Source: Clostridia bacterium (lineage in GTDB: Bacteria > Bacillota > Clostridia > Oscillospirales > CAG-272). Taken from it: a stretch of DNA of 64,000 bases. The position numbers and the translations under genes are program-made. Location of the stretch: assembly GCA_017456905.1 (NCBI GenBank), contig JAFTIL010000027.1:22352-86351 (forward strand), in the 5' to 3' direction. This document shows, in pieces, positions 43,278 to 53,078 of the stretch (positions within the stretch are counted from its first letter, which is position 1; the number at the start of each line of letters is the position of its first letter). The notes under the pieces are model-generated. The model was given only the letters and a program-made list of their open reading frames with translations. It ran no database searches and was not told the DNA's origin.

Positions 43278-44724
43278 TCAGAGAAAAAAGAATGGTAAAA
43301 ACGGCAAGGACAAGTCATATGGACTCTATACGGTAGAGATCACCGATCTGAACAATTTAGGATGCGGTGTGGGACGACTCCCCAAAGAAGCCAAAGAAGC
43401 CGAGGGGCTGGTGGTATTCGTGCGCGGCGCGGTGACGGGTGACGTTGTTAAAACAGAGATCATCAAGCAGACCGCCTCCTTTACCGTGGGCAAACTTGTG
43501 GAGGTGGTCAAGCCGTCCCCCATGCGGGAGACAGGAACCTTTTGCACCGCCCCCGAGGCTTGTGGCGGATGTGTTTACCGACATCTCAAATACGAGGATG
43601 AGCTTGTGTCCAAGCATAATCGAGTGACACAAGCCTTCAAAATGGCAGGGTTACCCGATGTGGCGGTACGCCCTGTTCTGTCCACGGGCAAGACCCAAGG
43701 CTACCGCAACAAGGGAATGTACCCTGTCCGTCAGGGCAAGAACGGCGTAGAGGCGGGCTTCTTTGCCGCCAAATCCCACAAGCTCATCCCCGCCACGTCT
43801 TGTGCGCTACAGCCCGAGGTGTTCGGGGAGATCGTGGCCTGTATCTGTCAGTTTTTCAACCAAAACCGCATCCCTGCCTATGACGAGATCACGGGCAAGG
43901 GGATTTTGCGGCATATCTATCTCCGTACCGCCGCCGACGGAGCCTTGTACGTATGCCTTGTGATCAATAGCCGCGAGCTGCCCGGAGGCAAGCGCACAAA
44001 AGAGGACTTGGTCTGTACCCTGATCGGCAAGTTTCCTCGCATCGTGGGTATTCTTCTGAACATCAATACCGAAAGCACCAACGTGGTGCTGGGTGCCAAG
44101 TACGTGACCCTTTGGGGGCAGTCCTATCTTGAAGATACGCTGTGCGGCAAGCGATTCCGCATCAGCGGCGGCTCCTTCTATCAGGTCAATCACGATGCCG
44201 CAGAGCTACTCTACAGCACCGCCGCCGAGATGGCAGATTTCAAAGGTGACGAGGTGTTGTGGGATCTGTACTGCGGCGTGGGCACCATCGGGCTGTCCAT
44301 GGCTGACCGCGTGCACCGTCTGGTGGGCATTGAAATCGTCCCCGAGGCGGTGGTCTGCGCCACGGAGAACGCCAAGCATAACGCAGATCTGGGACTGATC
44401 CCCGAGGGCGTGGCGCAGTTCTTTTGCGCCGACGCCACCGAGGCCGCCCGTATCTTCGCTCCCGCTGACAAGGGCGAAGTTCCCTCCCCCGACATTGTCA
44501 TCATCGACCCGCCCCGCAAGGGCACCACACCCGAGCTGATCAAAGAGATCTCCAAGCGGGATATCAAGCGGGTTGTGTATATCTCCTGCGATCCCGAGAC
44601 GCTGGCGAGAGACTGTGCCGTGTTCAGAGACGAGGGGTATGAGATCGGCGAGGTGCAGCCGGTTGATCTGTTCCCGAGGACAGGGCATGTTGAGAATGTG
44701 GTGCTCCTTTGTCGTTTTAATTAG
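43270..44724 (+). CDS. 23S rRNA (uracil-5)-methyltransferase, RumA/RlmD type, with TRAM domain
   Basis: The track ORF starts too early; ATG 43270 overlaps the upstream stop (ATGTCTGA). TRAM region (VEITDLNNLGCGVGRL), Fe-S cysteines (CTAPEACGGCVYRH), SAM motif DLYCGVGTIG, catalytic DPPRKG...YISCDP. Confidence 0.85.
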   Translation: MSDQRKKNGKNGKDKSYGLYTVEITDLNNLGCGVGRLPKEAKEAEGLVVFVRGAVTGDVVKTEIIKQTASFTVGKLVEVVKPSPMRETGTFCTAPEACGGCVYRHLKYEDELVSKHNRVTQAFKMAGLPDVAVRPVLSTGKTQGYRNKGMYPVRQGKNGVEAGFFAAKSHKLIPATSCALQPEVFGEIVACICQFFNQNRIPAYDEITGKGILRHIYLRTAADGALYVCLVINSRELPGGKRTKEDLVCTLIGKFPRIVGILLNINTESTNVVLGAKYVTLWGQSYLEDTLCGKRFRISGGSFYQVNHDAAELLYSTAAEMADFKGDEVLWDLYCGVGTIGLSMADRVHRLVGIEIVPEAVVCATENAKHNADLGLIPEGVAQFFCADATEAARIFAPADKGEVPSPDIVIIDPPRKGTTPELIKEISKRDIKRVVYISCDPETLARDCAVFRDEGYEIGEVQPVDLFPRTGHVENVVLLCRFN

Positions 44725-44874
44725 TTGCCTTTCGCGAAGAATACAATGAGTGTTTTGAAATATCAAGTTCACTGTTTCACGCACAATTCTCCCTAAAATG
44801 AGCTCCATCCATTTTGTCACAAAAGCGACACGATCGAATTTCAAAGTATATTTTTGCCGCCATCAGGCGGCGGA

Positions 44875-45534
44875 ATGGAAATTAACATGAAAACAACCAA
44901 ACAACAAAATTTTGAACGAGAGCTGCCTACGGGCTACAAGCAGGCTTTATACATCAACGCCAAGGACGCGAAATTCGGCATCATTTTCAACTTGATCGCG
45001 CTTGCTGTCTTGGCAGTCGTCATGATTCTTGCCGTTCTTCTCCTACGTTTGGGCGACAAGCTGTCCTTGGACATCCTGGACATGGAATACGTGCAGCTCC
45101 TGGTTGCGTATGCGGTCTTCTTTGGGGCTATGATCGGATACGTCGTCCTGCACGAACTTGTGCATGGTATTGCTTACAAGACGCTGACCGGTGAGAAGCT
45201 GACCTTCGGCCTGAGCTGGAGCTGCGCGTTTTGCGGTGTCCCCCATATATATACCTACCGCAGAACCGCTTTGATTTCGGTCATAGCACCTTTTACCGTT
45301 TTCACACTTCTGATGCTTCCGCTCCTCGTCATTCTCTACTTTGTCAGCCCGCTGTACTATCTGATCGTGGCCTTTCTCTTCGGCCTTCACGTCGGCGGCT
45401 GTAGTGGAGATCTGTACGTGCTCTATCTTCTTTCTGTTAAGTTCAAGGACAAAAAGGTTCTGATGCGTGATACGGGACCTGAACAATTTTTCTATGTTCC
45501 GGACGAAAAAAATTCGGTTTTTACCGATCAATAA
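44875..45534 (+). CDS. DUF3267 family membrane protein (putative zincin-like HExxH)
   Basis: HELVHG between TM segments, 4-5 TM in total. Start uncertain (ATG 44875 or 44887). Confidence 0.6.
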   Translation: MEINMKTTKQQNFERELPTGYKQALYINAKDAKFGIIFNLIALAVLAVVMILAVLLLRLGDKLSLDILDMEYVQLLVAYAVFFGAMIGYVVLHELVHGIAYKTLTGEKLTFGLSWSCAFCGVPHIYTYRRTALISVIAPFTVFTLLMLPLLVILYFVSPLYYLIVAFLFGLHVGGCSGDLYVLYLLSVKFKDKKVLMRDTGPEQFFYVPDEKNSVFTDQ

Positions 45535-45616
45535 TTTTTTTTGAGAATTTGATACATATGGAAAATGTTGTGTGCTCAAGAAAAAAGACACAACATTGAC
45601 AGGAAGGGGTCCCCTT

Positions 45617-46336
45617 ATGAAACACAAAAAAGAACTGACCAAAAAGGGCTATATAAAGCTGCTGATCCTCGGTTTGGGATTGTTTCTTCTGTTTTTTGCC
45701 CTGCTTACCGTGGTGGCGATCCTGCAAGAAAACGGCGTCAGCTCGTCCATCTACACACCCATCGGGATTTCAGCCTTTGTTCCCTGCGTGATGGCTCTGG
45801 TGATCATGATCTCCAATTTTGGCCGCATGATGGAATATGAACTGCGGGTCAAGGCCGAAAAGATCGCCAACCAAAAATACGATATCATTGAAGGAGTCAC
45901 CAAACAAAGGGTGATAGACGCCTGTGAAAAACAGGGATTTGAGAAGAGAGATTTTGAGTATTACTACAAAAGAAAATTTTCTTTTTCCAAGGATTACGTC
46001 AATTATTTTGTCCGTTGCGCGGACGGCTACGATCTTGCCGAGCAATTTGGCGGTGAGCTTGAAAAATTTGACCGAAAGAACTACAGCAACAAGAATAAAT
46101 GCCTGGTTCTGTTTTTCTTTCTCGATACCGTGAGTCAGGCAAACCTCAAATTTCTGACCAAACAAGCCACGGCGTTCATCCTGACGGAAACTGCCACTTT
46201 AGGTCAAATCAGAACCGACTCGGCCGTGGTAGTTTTAGTGGATAACAGCACAAGGAAGGCTTATATGGTGTCTGACCGCGCGTCTATTTCCATTTACAAG
46301 CATGGTATTAAGTTCGTAAAGAAGCTCTTGAAGTAA
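45617..46336 (+). CDS. hypothetical two-TM protein with a ~150-aa cytosolic domain
   Basis: ATG 45617 has GGAAGGGG 7 nt upstream. Two TM segments are followed by a K/E/F/Y-rich soluble domain. I recognise no family. Confidence 0.5.
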   Translation: MKHKKELTKKGYIKLLILGLGLFLLFFALLTVVAILQENGVSSSIYTPIGISAFVPCVMALVIMISNFGRMMEYELRVKAEKIANQKYDIIEGVTKQRVIDACEKQGFEKRDFEYYYKRKFSFSKDYVNYFVRCADGYDLAEQFGGELEKFDRKNYSNKNKCLVLFFFLDTVSQANLKFLTKQATAFILTETATLGQIRTDSAVVVLVDNSTRKAYMVSDRASISIYKHGIKFVKKLLK

Positions 46337-46368
46337 AATTTTTCATAAACAACGAAAGGAGCCTCCCC

Positions 46369-47694
46369 ATGTCCCCCTTCATCATTGCCATCATTCTTTT
46401 CGCTATCACTTACATACTTCTTTTCACTCTGCCGAAGTTCCGCTCTTACATAGCCCTCGGTTCTGCCGTGGTCTTCTCTATATGGCTCACCTTCTTCTGC
46501 GCCGACATTGACTTCGGCCTCGGTACCATCGTGGGTGCCATCGACTTCAACATCCTCATGATGATCGCGGGCACCATGGGTATCGTGACCCTGTTCATTG
46601 AGTCCAAAATGCCCATGCGCATTGCCGACGTGATGCTGTCCAAGTTTGGGAACGTCAAAATGGCCATCGTGGCCATGGCGGTGCTCTCGGGCGTGGTGTC
46701 GGCTTTCGTGGATAACGTGGCAACCGTGCTGATGATCGCGCCCATCGCTTTGGCGGTGTGCAAGAAGCAGAATATATCCCCCGTGCCCGCCATCATCTCC
46801 ATCGCGGTATCGTCGAATCTGCAAGGCGCGGCAACTTTGGTAGGCGACACCACATCTATTCTTTTGGGTGGCTATGCCAACATGACCTTCTTTGATTTCT
46901 TCTGGTTCCGTGGCCGTCCCGGTATCTTCTGGGCGGTGGAACTGGGCGCGGCGTTGACGGCCGTCATCCTACTCTTCATCTTCCGCAAGGAGACCCAGCC
47001 TCTGAAGCTCACCGACAAAACCGAAGTCACCGACTTGGTTCCCTCTTTCCTGATGGTGGGCGTTGTAGCGGCGCTGATCCTGGCCTCCTTCATTCCCCAG
47101 CCCGCGGGCGGCGCACTTTTGACCCTCTATAACCTCCGCAACGGTATCATCTGCATGGTGCTGTTGTTGGTGGGTATCGTGGTCAATCTCTGCCGCACCA
47201 AGAGCCTTGCCTCCACTAAAGGCGTGTTCAAGGAGATGGACTACCAGACCCTGCTCCTTTTGGCTTCCCTCTTCGTGGTCATTCAGGGCATCACCTCGGC
47301 GGGGGTCATTGATAAGCTTGCCGAAGGTCTCGTTGCCATTGGCGGCGGAAGTTTGTTCCTCATGTCTACCGTTATCGTCTTCGCCTCTGTGCTGATCTCA
47401 GCCGTAGTTGACAACATCCCCTACGTGCTGACCATGCTCCCCGTGGTGACAAGTGTTGCGGCGGGTATGGGCGTGGAGCCTTACGTTCTGTACTTCGGTC
47501 TGCTGGTTGGCGCGACGCTGGGCGGCAACATCACCCCCATCGGTGCCAGCGCGAATATCACGGGCATCGGTATTCTCCGCAAGGAGGGTTACGAGGTCAA
47601 GGCAAAAGACTTCATGAAGATCAGCGTGCCGTTTACCTTGACGGCGGTATTGTCCGGATATTTGTTTATTTGGATCTTCTGGGGGTTGCTGTAA
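46369..47694 (+). CDS. ArsB/NhaD-superfamily (citrate-transporter-like) anion permease
   Basis: 441 aa with about 12 TM segments and an internal-repeat layout (VDNVATVLMIAPIAL / VVDNIPYVLTMLPVV), typical of this superfamily. Confidence 0.65.
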   Translation: MSPFIIAIILFAITYILLFTLPKFRSYIALGSAVVFSIWLTFFCADIDFGLGTIVGAIDFNILMMIAGTMGIVTLFIESKMPMRIADVMLSKFGNVKMAIVAMAVLSGVVSAFVDNVATVLMIAPIALAVCKKQNISPVPAIISIAVSSNLQGAATLVGDTTSILLGGYANMTFFDFFWFRGRPGIFWAVELGAALTAVILLFIFRKETQPLKLTDKTEVTDLVPSFLMVGVVAALILASFIPQPAGGALLTLYNLRNGIICMVLLLVGIVVNLCRTKSLASTKGVFKEMDYQTLLLLASLFVVIQGITSAGVIDKLAEGLVAIGGGSLFLMSTVIVFASVLISAVVDNIPYVLTMLPVVTSVAAGMGVEPYVLYFGLLVGATLGGNITPIGASANITGIGILRKEGYEVKAKDFMKISVPFTLTAVLSGYLFIWIFWGLL

Positions 47695-47774
47695 GCTCAT
47701 TCTGCCCCCGTAGGGCGGGGGCTTGCTCCCGCCGCGTCTCAAGTTGATACCATCCCCGAAAGGAGTGCGCACTC

Positions 47775-48479
47775 ATGACTTATGCCATTGTTAAAAAAAT
47801 AGACGGTTCCACCTATGTGTCCCCACTCTTTGCCATCAAGTTTGCGGGTGGAGAATCTGCCGCCATCGGATTAGATCCTTCCCTTTCCTACGTGCAAAGG
47901 CTGGATTTTTGGTTGCGCGTGTGGGAGGAGGGATATCCGCATCCCAGGTCGATTCGAAGTCTGTACATCGTTTCCAACGAATACGGCGATGCCCAAAAGA
48001 AATGGAGCGGTCTCGATTGGTTGATGGACGATCATGAACTCATGGAGCGGCTTCTTGCAGGGGAAACCGTCCCGTTGACCGAGGACGAACGCTTTGCTCC
48101 TTATGCCGCCCCCATCACCCTGCCGGATTGGTTTGAAATGAAGACCCAAACCGATGCCGCTTCGCTGGAAACCGTTTCCTTTCATTTTCATGATGCCGAG
48201 CCCATTGCTTGTACTGAGACGGAGACGGATCTGACGGTCACGCTGGACACCACTTGGGGGTGCATCATCACGGTGCGCTTCTGCGGTGTCACCGAAGAAA
48301 CCTTTAAGGAAAAGGTTGGTTTGATTCTGGACTCCAAAATTGAAAAGACAGAGAACGGCTTCACCTTTACCGTCCTGGACGGCCACGTCGGCTGGATCGG
48401 CTGTGAGGAGTTCGGTATCCCCGTTGAAAACGCTTACGTTACGTGCCAAAGGATTCTTTGGCATATCGAAATTGATTGA
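47775..48479 (+). CDS. hypothetical cytosolic protein
   Basis: 234-aa ORF with AAAGGAG RBS. I recognise no motifs. Confidence 0.5.
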   Translation: MTYAIVKKIDGSTYVSPLFAIKFAGGESAAIGLDPSLSYVQRLDFWLRVWEEGYPHPRSIRSLYIVSNEYGDAQKKWSGLDWLMDDHELMERLLAGETVPLTEDERFAPYAAPITLPDWFEMKTQTDAASLETVSFHFHDAEPIACTETETDLTVTLDTTWGCIITVRFCGVTEETFKEKVGLILDSKIEKTENGFTFTVLDGHVGWIGCEEFGIPVENAYVTCQRILWHIEID

Positions 48480-48509
48480 ATATAACGACACGAATGAAAG
48501 GAACCCACC

Positions 48510-49658
48510 ATGCTCCCCTGCCCCTACGCTAAGAAATGCGGAGGCTGCTCCCTGCAGAACCTCCCCTATGAAGAACAATTACATTTGAAACAGGCCAAGC
48601 TGATAAAGCTCCTTGGCCGTTTTGGACGTGTGGATGAGATCATCGGCATGGAGGATCCTACCCATTACCGCAACAAGATCCAAGCGGCTTTCCGTGGGAG
48701 GAGCGGCAAGGTGGTGTCGGGGGTCTACCAATCCGCCTCCCGCCGCATCGTGGAGGTGGAGTCCTGTATGCTGGAGGACGAGTGCGCCGCGCCTATCCTT
48801 AAAACCATCCGCAAGCTGTGCGTGAATTTCAAGATCAGGTCCTTTGATCTCCAAACGGGACAGGGCTTTCTGCGCCACGTCTTGATCCGCAAGGGATTTG
48901 TCAGCGGTGAGATCATGGTGGTGCTGGTAACAACCAAGGGTGAGTTTCGCTCGGAGCGATCCTTTGTCAACGAACTTTTGCGCCGCCATCCCGAGATCTC
49001 CACGTTGGTGCGTAACATCAACCCCACCGACACCGCGCTGTTTTTAGGCAACGAAAGCCATATCCTCCACGGCGAAGGATATATTACCGACCGTCTGTGC
49101 GGGCTGGAATTCCGTATCAGCCCCCGCTCCTTCTATCAGGTCAATCCCGTTCAGACAGAAGTTCTGTATGGCAAGGCCAAGGAGTTTGCGGGACTGACAG
49201 GCAAGGAGACGGTGATCGACGCCTATTGCGGCACGGGTACCATCGGGCTGACCGTGGCCTCGGGGGCAAAAGAGGTGATCGGCGTTGAGGTCAACCGCGA
49301 CGCGGTCGCGGATGCCATCGAAAACGCAAGACGGAACGGTATTGAAAACGCCTTTTTCCACGCTGCCGACGCAGGGGAGTTCATGGAGGCCATGGCCGAA
49401 AACGGGCAGACCGCCGATGTGGTTATCACCGACCCGCCAAGAGCGGGATGCAGCGGGAAGTTCCTTCATAGCCTTATGAAATTAGCCCCTCAGCGAATTG
49501 TGTATGTGTCCTGCAACCCCGAGACCTTGGCACGGGATCTATATACCTTGAGCAAGGGCGGGTATAAAGTGAGGAAGATACAGCCTGTGGATATGTTTCC
49601 GTTTACGAGTCACGTAGAGTGCGCCGTATCACTCGAGCGAAAGAACCCCAACCCCTGA
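48510..49658 (+). CDS. RumA-type RNA (uracil-5)-methyltransferase without TRAM domain (RlmCD/TrmA-like)
   Basis: N-terminal Cys cluster CPYAKKCGGCSLQ, SAM motif DAYCGTGTIG, DPPRAG, YVSCNP. Confidence 0.85.
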   Translation: MLPCPYAKKCGGCSLQNLPYEEQLHLKQAKLIKLLGRFGRVDEIIGMEDPTHYRNKIQAAFRGRSGKVVSGVYQSASRRIVEVESCMLEDECAAPILKTIRKLCVNFKIRSFDLQTGQGFLRHVLIRKGFVSGEIMVVLVTTKGEFRSERSFVNELLRRHPEISTLVRNINPTDTALFLGNESHILHGEGYITDRLCGLEFRISPRSFYQVNPVQTEVLYGKAKEFAGLTGKETVIDAYCGTGTIGLTVASGAKEVIGVEVNRDAVADAIENARRNGIENAFFHAADAGEFMEAMAENGQTADVVITDPPRAGCSGKFLHSLMKLAPQRIVYVSCNPETLARDLYTLSKGGYKVRKIQPVDMFPFTSHVECAVSLERKNPNP

Positions 49659-49686
49659 AAAATATTTCGTAGAAAGGACCCACACC

Positions 49687-50385
49687 ATGAACATCCTCTT
49701 TATCGGCAACAGCTACACCTACTTCTATGATCTTCCCGAGCTTTTCGCCGCCCTCTGCCGACAAAACGGTCACGATGTGCGGGTGGATTCCGTCACCGCC
49801 GGCGGCCGTAAGCTACATGAGTGTCTTGACGATGCTCACGAAAAGCTCCATCCCACCGACGGGCTGGCCGTCCGTATCGCTGAACTGCTCGGTGAGGTAA
49901 AATACGACGTGCTGATTTTGCAGGAGCAGTCCTGTCTCCCCTATCATAACACCGATCTGTTCTGCGTGGGTGCCAAAGGTCTTGCCACCATCGTGGGGGC
50001 TGACCGCACCGTCATGTACGCCACTTGGGGACGCATGGACGGCAGCGAGGATCTCGCATACTTCGGCTGGACCCGTGAGTCCATGACCAAGGGTCTGTAC
50101 GACGCTTACTGCAAGGCCGCTGATCTGATCCACGGCGAGGTGTCCCCCGTGGGTCTGTGCTTTGCGAGAACCGTGGCGACTGCCCCTGAGATCGACCTAT
50201 ACGATCCCGACAAGTCCCATCCTTCTTATCTTGGCTCTTGTGTGGCCGCTCTGTCCCACTACATGACTGTGTTTGGAGAAATGCCCCATGATCTGTCCAC
50301 TTTGAAGTTGGACAACGAGGTAGCGGCCAAGCTGACCGCCATTGTGGAAGATGTTGTCACCCGCAGAGGTGCGCCCGAATTGTAA
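49687..50385 (+). CDS. SGNH/GDSL-like hydrolase
   Basis: N-terminal block ILFIGNSYTY (catalytic Ser context) and a later DKSHPS (D-x-x-H). Confidence 0.6.
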   Translation: MNILFIGNSYTYFYDLPELFAALCRQNGHDVRVDSVTAGGRKLHECLDDAHEKLHPTDGLAVRIAELLGEVKYDVLILQEQSCLPYHNTDLFCVGAKGLATIVGADRTVMYATWGRMDGSEDLAYFGWTRESMTKGLYDAYCKAADLIHGEVSPVGLCFARTVATAPEIDLYDPDKSHPSYLGSCVAALSHYMTVFGEMPHDLSTLKLDNEVAAKLTAIVEDVVTRRGAPEL

Positions 50386-50465
50386 GTTTGCGCCCGTTGT
50401 AACGGAGAACAACGGCGAGGTGTGAACCCGTCAACAGATAATATACCCTACGGAGGATAACACAT

Positions 50466-51137
50466 ATGGATGCGTTGTTTGCACTTCTTTTTCCGCTTCT
50501 TTTTTCCTTTGTGTGGGCGGTGCTGGGCGTCTTCATCCAAAGGGAAGACGGAAAGTACGCCGACCACGTGGAGTTTCGCGTACAAGCCGCTCGGGCGGTG
50601 CGCCTGTTTTTCATCATATTTTTTGCCATAACCGTCGCGGGCATGGTGGCCTTGGCTCTGTTTATCTTTTTTGAGCCGAATCCTTTGGGACTTCTCATCG
50701 GCATGGGTGTTCTTGCTTTTTTTGCCGCCCTGTCTCTTTTCGGTTACGTGTACGCCCGCTTCAACTACTGTATCGTCGCTGATGATCACCTTCTGCTGGT
50801 CAGGCTGTTCGGCAAGAACCGCGTGATTCCCTTCTCAAAAATTGCCTATCTTTCAGCCTACGTCGAGGGCTTCGGGAATCTGAGCGGATTCGATGAAAAC
50901 GGCATCCCGCTTTTTGGCTTTGACCACACCGACGTGGGCGTTGATGCCCTGGAGAAGCGGCTCCGCGAATTTGGGATTCCCTCCGCTCCCCGTCCCTTTC
51001 CTACCGAAGCTATGAAGAATACGGAGGCTTATAAAGCCTACCAAAAGCGTTCCAATCGGTTGGTATGGGGTGTTACCGTCGGGTTCTTGTGCGTCATCGT
51101 GCTGGTCTTTTTGGTCATTTGGATGGCAGTCCGATAA
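50466..51137 (+). CDS. hypothetical membrane protein (3 N-terminal TM segments, soluble middle, C-terminal TM)
   Basis: ORF with GGAGGA RBS and the hydrophobic pattern described. I recognise no family. Confidence 0.5.
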   Translation: MDALFALLFPLLFSFVWAVLGVFIQREDGKYADHVEFRVQAARAVRLFFIIFFAITVAGMVALALFIFFEPNPLGLLIGMGVLAFFAALSLFGYVYARFNYCIVADDHLLLVRLFGKNRVIPFSKIAYLSAYVEGFGNLSGFDENGIPLFGFDHTDVGVDALEKRLREFGIPSAPRPFPTEAMKNTEAYKAYQKRSNRLVWGVTVGFLCVIVLVFLVIWMAVR

Positions 51138-51154
51138 TTTTGGGAGGAAACAAA

Positions 51155-51586
51155 ATGAGTAAAAAAACAGTATACGGCAATGGTTGCGATGAGATCAGGT
51201 CTTTTGAAGAAACAAGCGAAGCCGTTCTTGAGGAAAAGAAGCAAGCCGATCACGTCATGAAGCTAAAGCCTGCCCCCTTCGCCGCCATTCAAAGCGGTAA
51301 AAAGACCCTCGAGCTTCGCCTCAACGATGAAAAGCGTCAAAAGATCAAAATTGGGGACACCATTGTATTTACCCAGACCGAGACGGGTGAGCCCCTCCGC
51401 GCCGTGGTGTCAGACATTCGCAAGTACCCCGATTTTGAGGCTATGTACGCGGTCGAAGATCCCCTCGCCATGGGATATACCGAGGATGAGACGGCTGACC
51501 CACAGGACATGAAACAATACTACGAAGAAAAAGAGATCAAGAAATATGGTACCTTGGCCATTGAGATCAGAAGGATAGATATATGA
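51155..51586 (+). CDS. ASCH domain protein
   Basis: ATG 51155 has GGGAGGAA upstream. FAAIQSGKKTLELRLNDEKRQKIKIGDTIVF resembles the ASCH beta-barrel N-terminus. Confidence 0.65.
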   Translation: MSKKTVYGNGCDEIRSFEETSEAVLEEKKQADHVMKLKPAPFAAIQSGKKTLELRLNDEKRQKIKIGDTIVFTQTETGEPLRAVVSDIRKYPDFEAMYAVEDPLAMGYTEDETADPQDMKQYYEEKEIKKYGTLAIEIRRIDI

Positions 51587-53037
51587 ATTTACCCGAGGCA
51601 TTTGCCGCGCGCATGAAAGCCATGCTGGGTGACGATTTTGAAGCGTTTTTGGCCGCTTACGATCGTCCCAACACCCCTGCCCTGCGGCTCAATCCCATGA
51701 AAGCCCCCGATGTTTCCCCCTCGGACAAGCCCCTGCTCCCCTGTCTTGGAGCGGCTGTTCCTTGGGCGGCGCACGGCTTTTACTATGATTCCGACGCCAA
51801 TGTTCGTCCGGGCAAGCATCCTTACCATGAGGCGGGCGTTTACTACATCCAAGAAGCCAGTGCCATGATCCCCGCCTCTCTTTGTCCTCCCTCGCCGGGG
51901 GAGAAGGTGTTGGATCTCTGCGCCGCCCCGGGCGGTAAGTCTACCCAGTTAGCCGCCGCCCTTGGAGGCCGTGGATTGCTTGTAGCCAATGAAATCCACC
52001 CACAACGGGCTTCTATTTTATCCCAGAACATAGAACGCATGGGCATTAAAAACGCCGTGGTGACCAACCACGCCCCTCACGAGCTGGTAAACCACTTCCC
52101 TGCTTTCTTTGACAAGATCGTGGTGGACGCCCCCTGCTCGGGCGAGGGGATGTTCCGCAAGGAGGAACAGGCGCTCACCATGTGGAGTCAGGACAATGTG
52201 GATCTGTGCGCCGCACGTCAGAAGGAGATCTTGGAGTCCGCCGCCGAGATGCTGGCCCCCGACGGGTATCTGACCTACTCCACCTGCACCTTCGCCCCCG
52301 AGGAAAATGAGGGAGTCATATTGGATTTTCTCAAGTCGCATCCCGAATTTGAGGTGATCGATCCTGTCAATCCCGCGGTGCTGTGTTGCATCGAAAAAGG
52401 GCTGATCAACCGCGGCAACCCCGATTGGGTCACGGGTGGCGAGGACTATGCTGAACAGCTTCGAAAGACCGTCCGTTTGTTCCCCCATCACGCCGACGGC
52501 GAGGGACACTTTGCCGCCTTGCTTCATAAGTCTTCTGACGCTCCCGTAGCGGTATCAAACTCCCGCGAGAAGGGCAAGCGTAAGGGGCGTGACAAGGAGT
52601 CAGGCAAGGGTCAGATAACAACTGACAAGGCTTTTAAGCTCTTTGAGGCCTTTATTTGTGACGTGACCACTGAAGATCTTGACGGTGTTCCCTGTCTTTT
52701 CGGCGATCAACTCTACCTCTGTCCCCATGAACTTCCTGCGCCTCCTAAGGCTCTCCGTATCCTGCGCCACGGTCTGCATTTGGGGACTGTCGTCAAAGGA
52801 GATCGCTTCGAGCCGTCTCATACTCTGGCTTTGGCCCTGGACAAGGGCAAAGCCCAAAAGACATTGTCCGTTGATCTTCCCACAGCCCAAATCTATCTTC
52901 ACGGCGACGTGCTTCCTTGCGGAAATGAAAAAGGCTGGCATCTGATCGTCCTGGACGGCTTCGCTCTTGGCTGGGGCAAGGCCAACGGCGGGATGATGAA
53001 GAATCATTATCCCAAGGGACTGAGAAAGACGTTTTGA
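51583..53037 (+). CDS. rsmF: rRNA cytosine-C5 methyltransferase, RsmF/RsmB (NOL1/NOP2/Sun) family
   Basis: YYIQEASAM, LDLCAAPGGKSTQLA, VDAPCSGEGMFRK, YSTCTF. The C-terminal extension is RsmF-like. ATGA overlap with the ASCH gene. Confidence 0.85.
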   Translation: MNLPEAFAARMKAMLGDDFEAFLAAYDRPNTPALRLNPMKAPDVSPSDKPLLPCLGAAVPWAAHGFYYDSDANVRPGKHPYHEAGVYYIQEASAMIPASLCPPSPGEKVLDLCAAPGGKSTQLAAALGGRGLLVANEIHPQRASILSQNIERMGIKNAVVTNHAPHELVNHFPAFFDKIVVDAPCSGEGMFRKEEQALTMWSQDNVDLCAARQKEILESAAEMLAPDGYLTYSTCTFAPEENEGVILDFLKSHPEFEVIDPVNPAVLCCIEKGLINRGNPDWVTGGEDYAEQLRKTVRLFPHHADGEGHFAALLHKSSDAPVAVSNSREKGKRKGRDKESGKGQITTDKAFKLFEAFICDVTTEDLDGVPCLFGDQLYLCPHELPAPPKALRILRHGLHLGTVVKGDRFEPSHTLALALDKGKAQKTLSVDLPTAQIYLHGDVLPCGNEKGWHLIVLDGFALGWGKANGGMMKNHYPKGLRKTF

Positions 53038-53078
53038 TTTTTTCAAAAATTACCCCCCTTAATGAAAGGATTCCCAAA

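Noticed and set aside
47695-47774. GC-rich stem (GCCCCCG-taggg-CGGGGGC) after the anion permease gene, as a possible regulatory element.
   Set aside because: It is most simply a transcription terminator or RNA-stabilising hairpin. It lacks a clear U-tail, is not repeated, and has no conservation evidence available to me.
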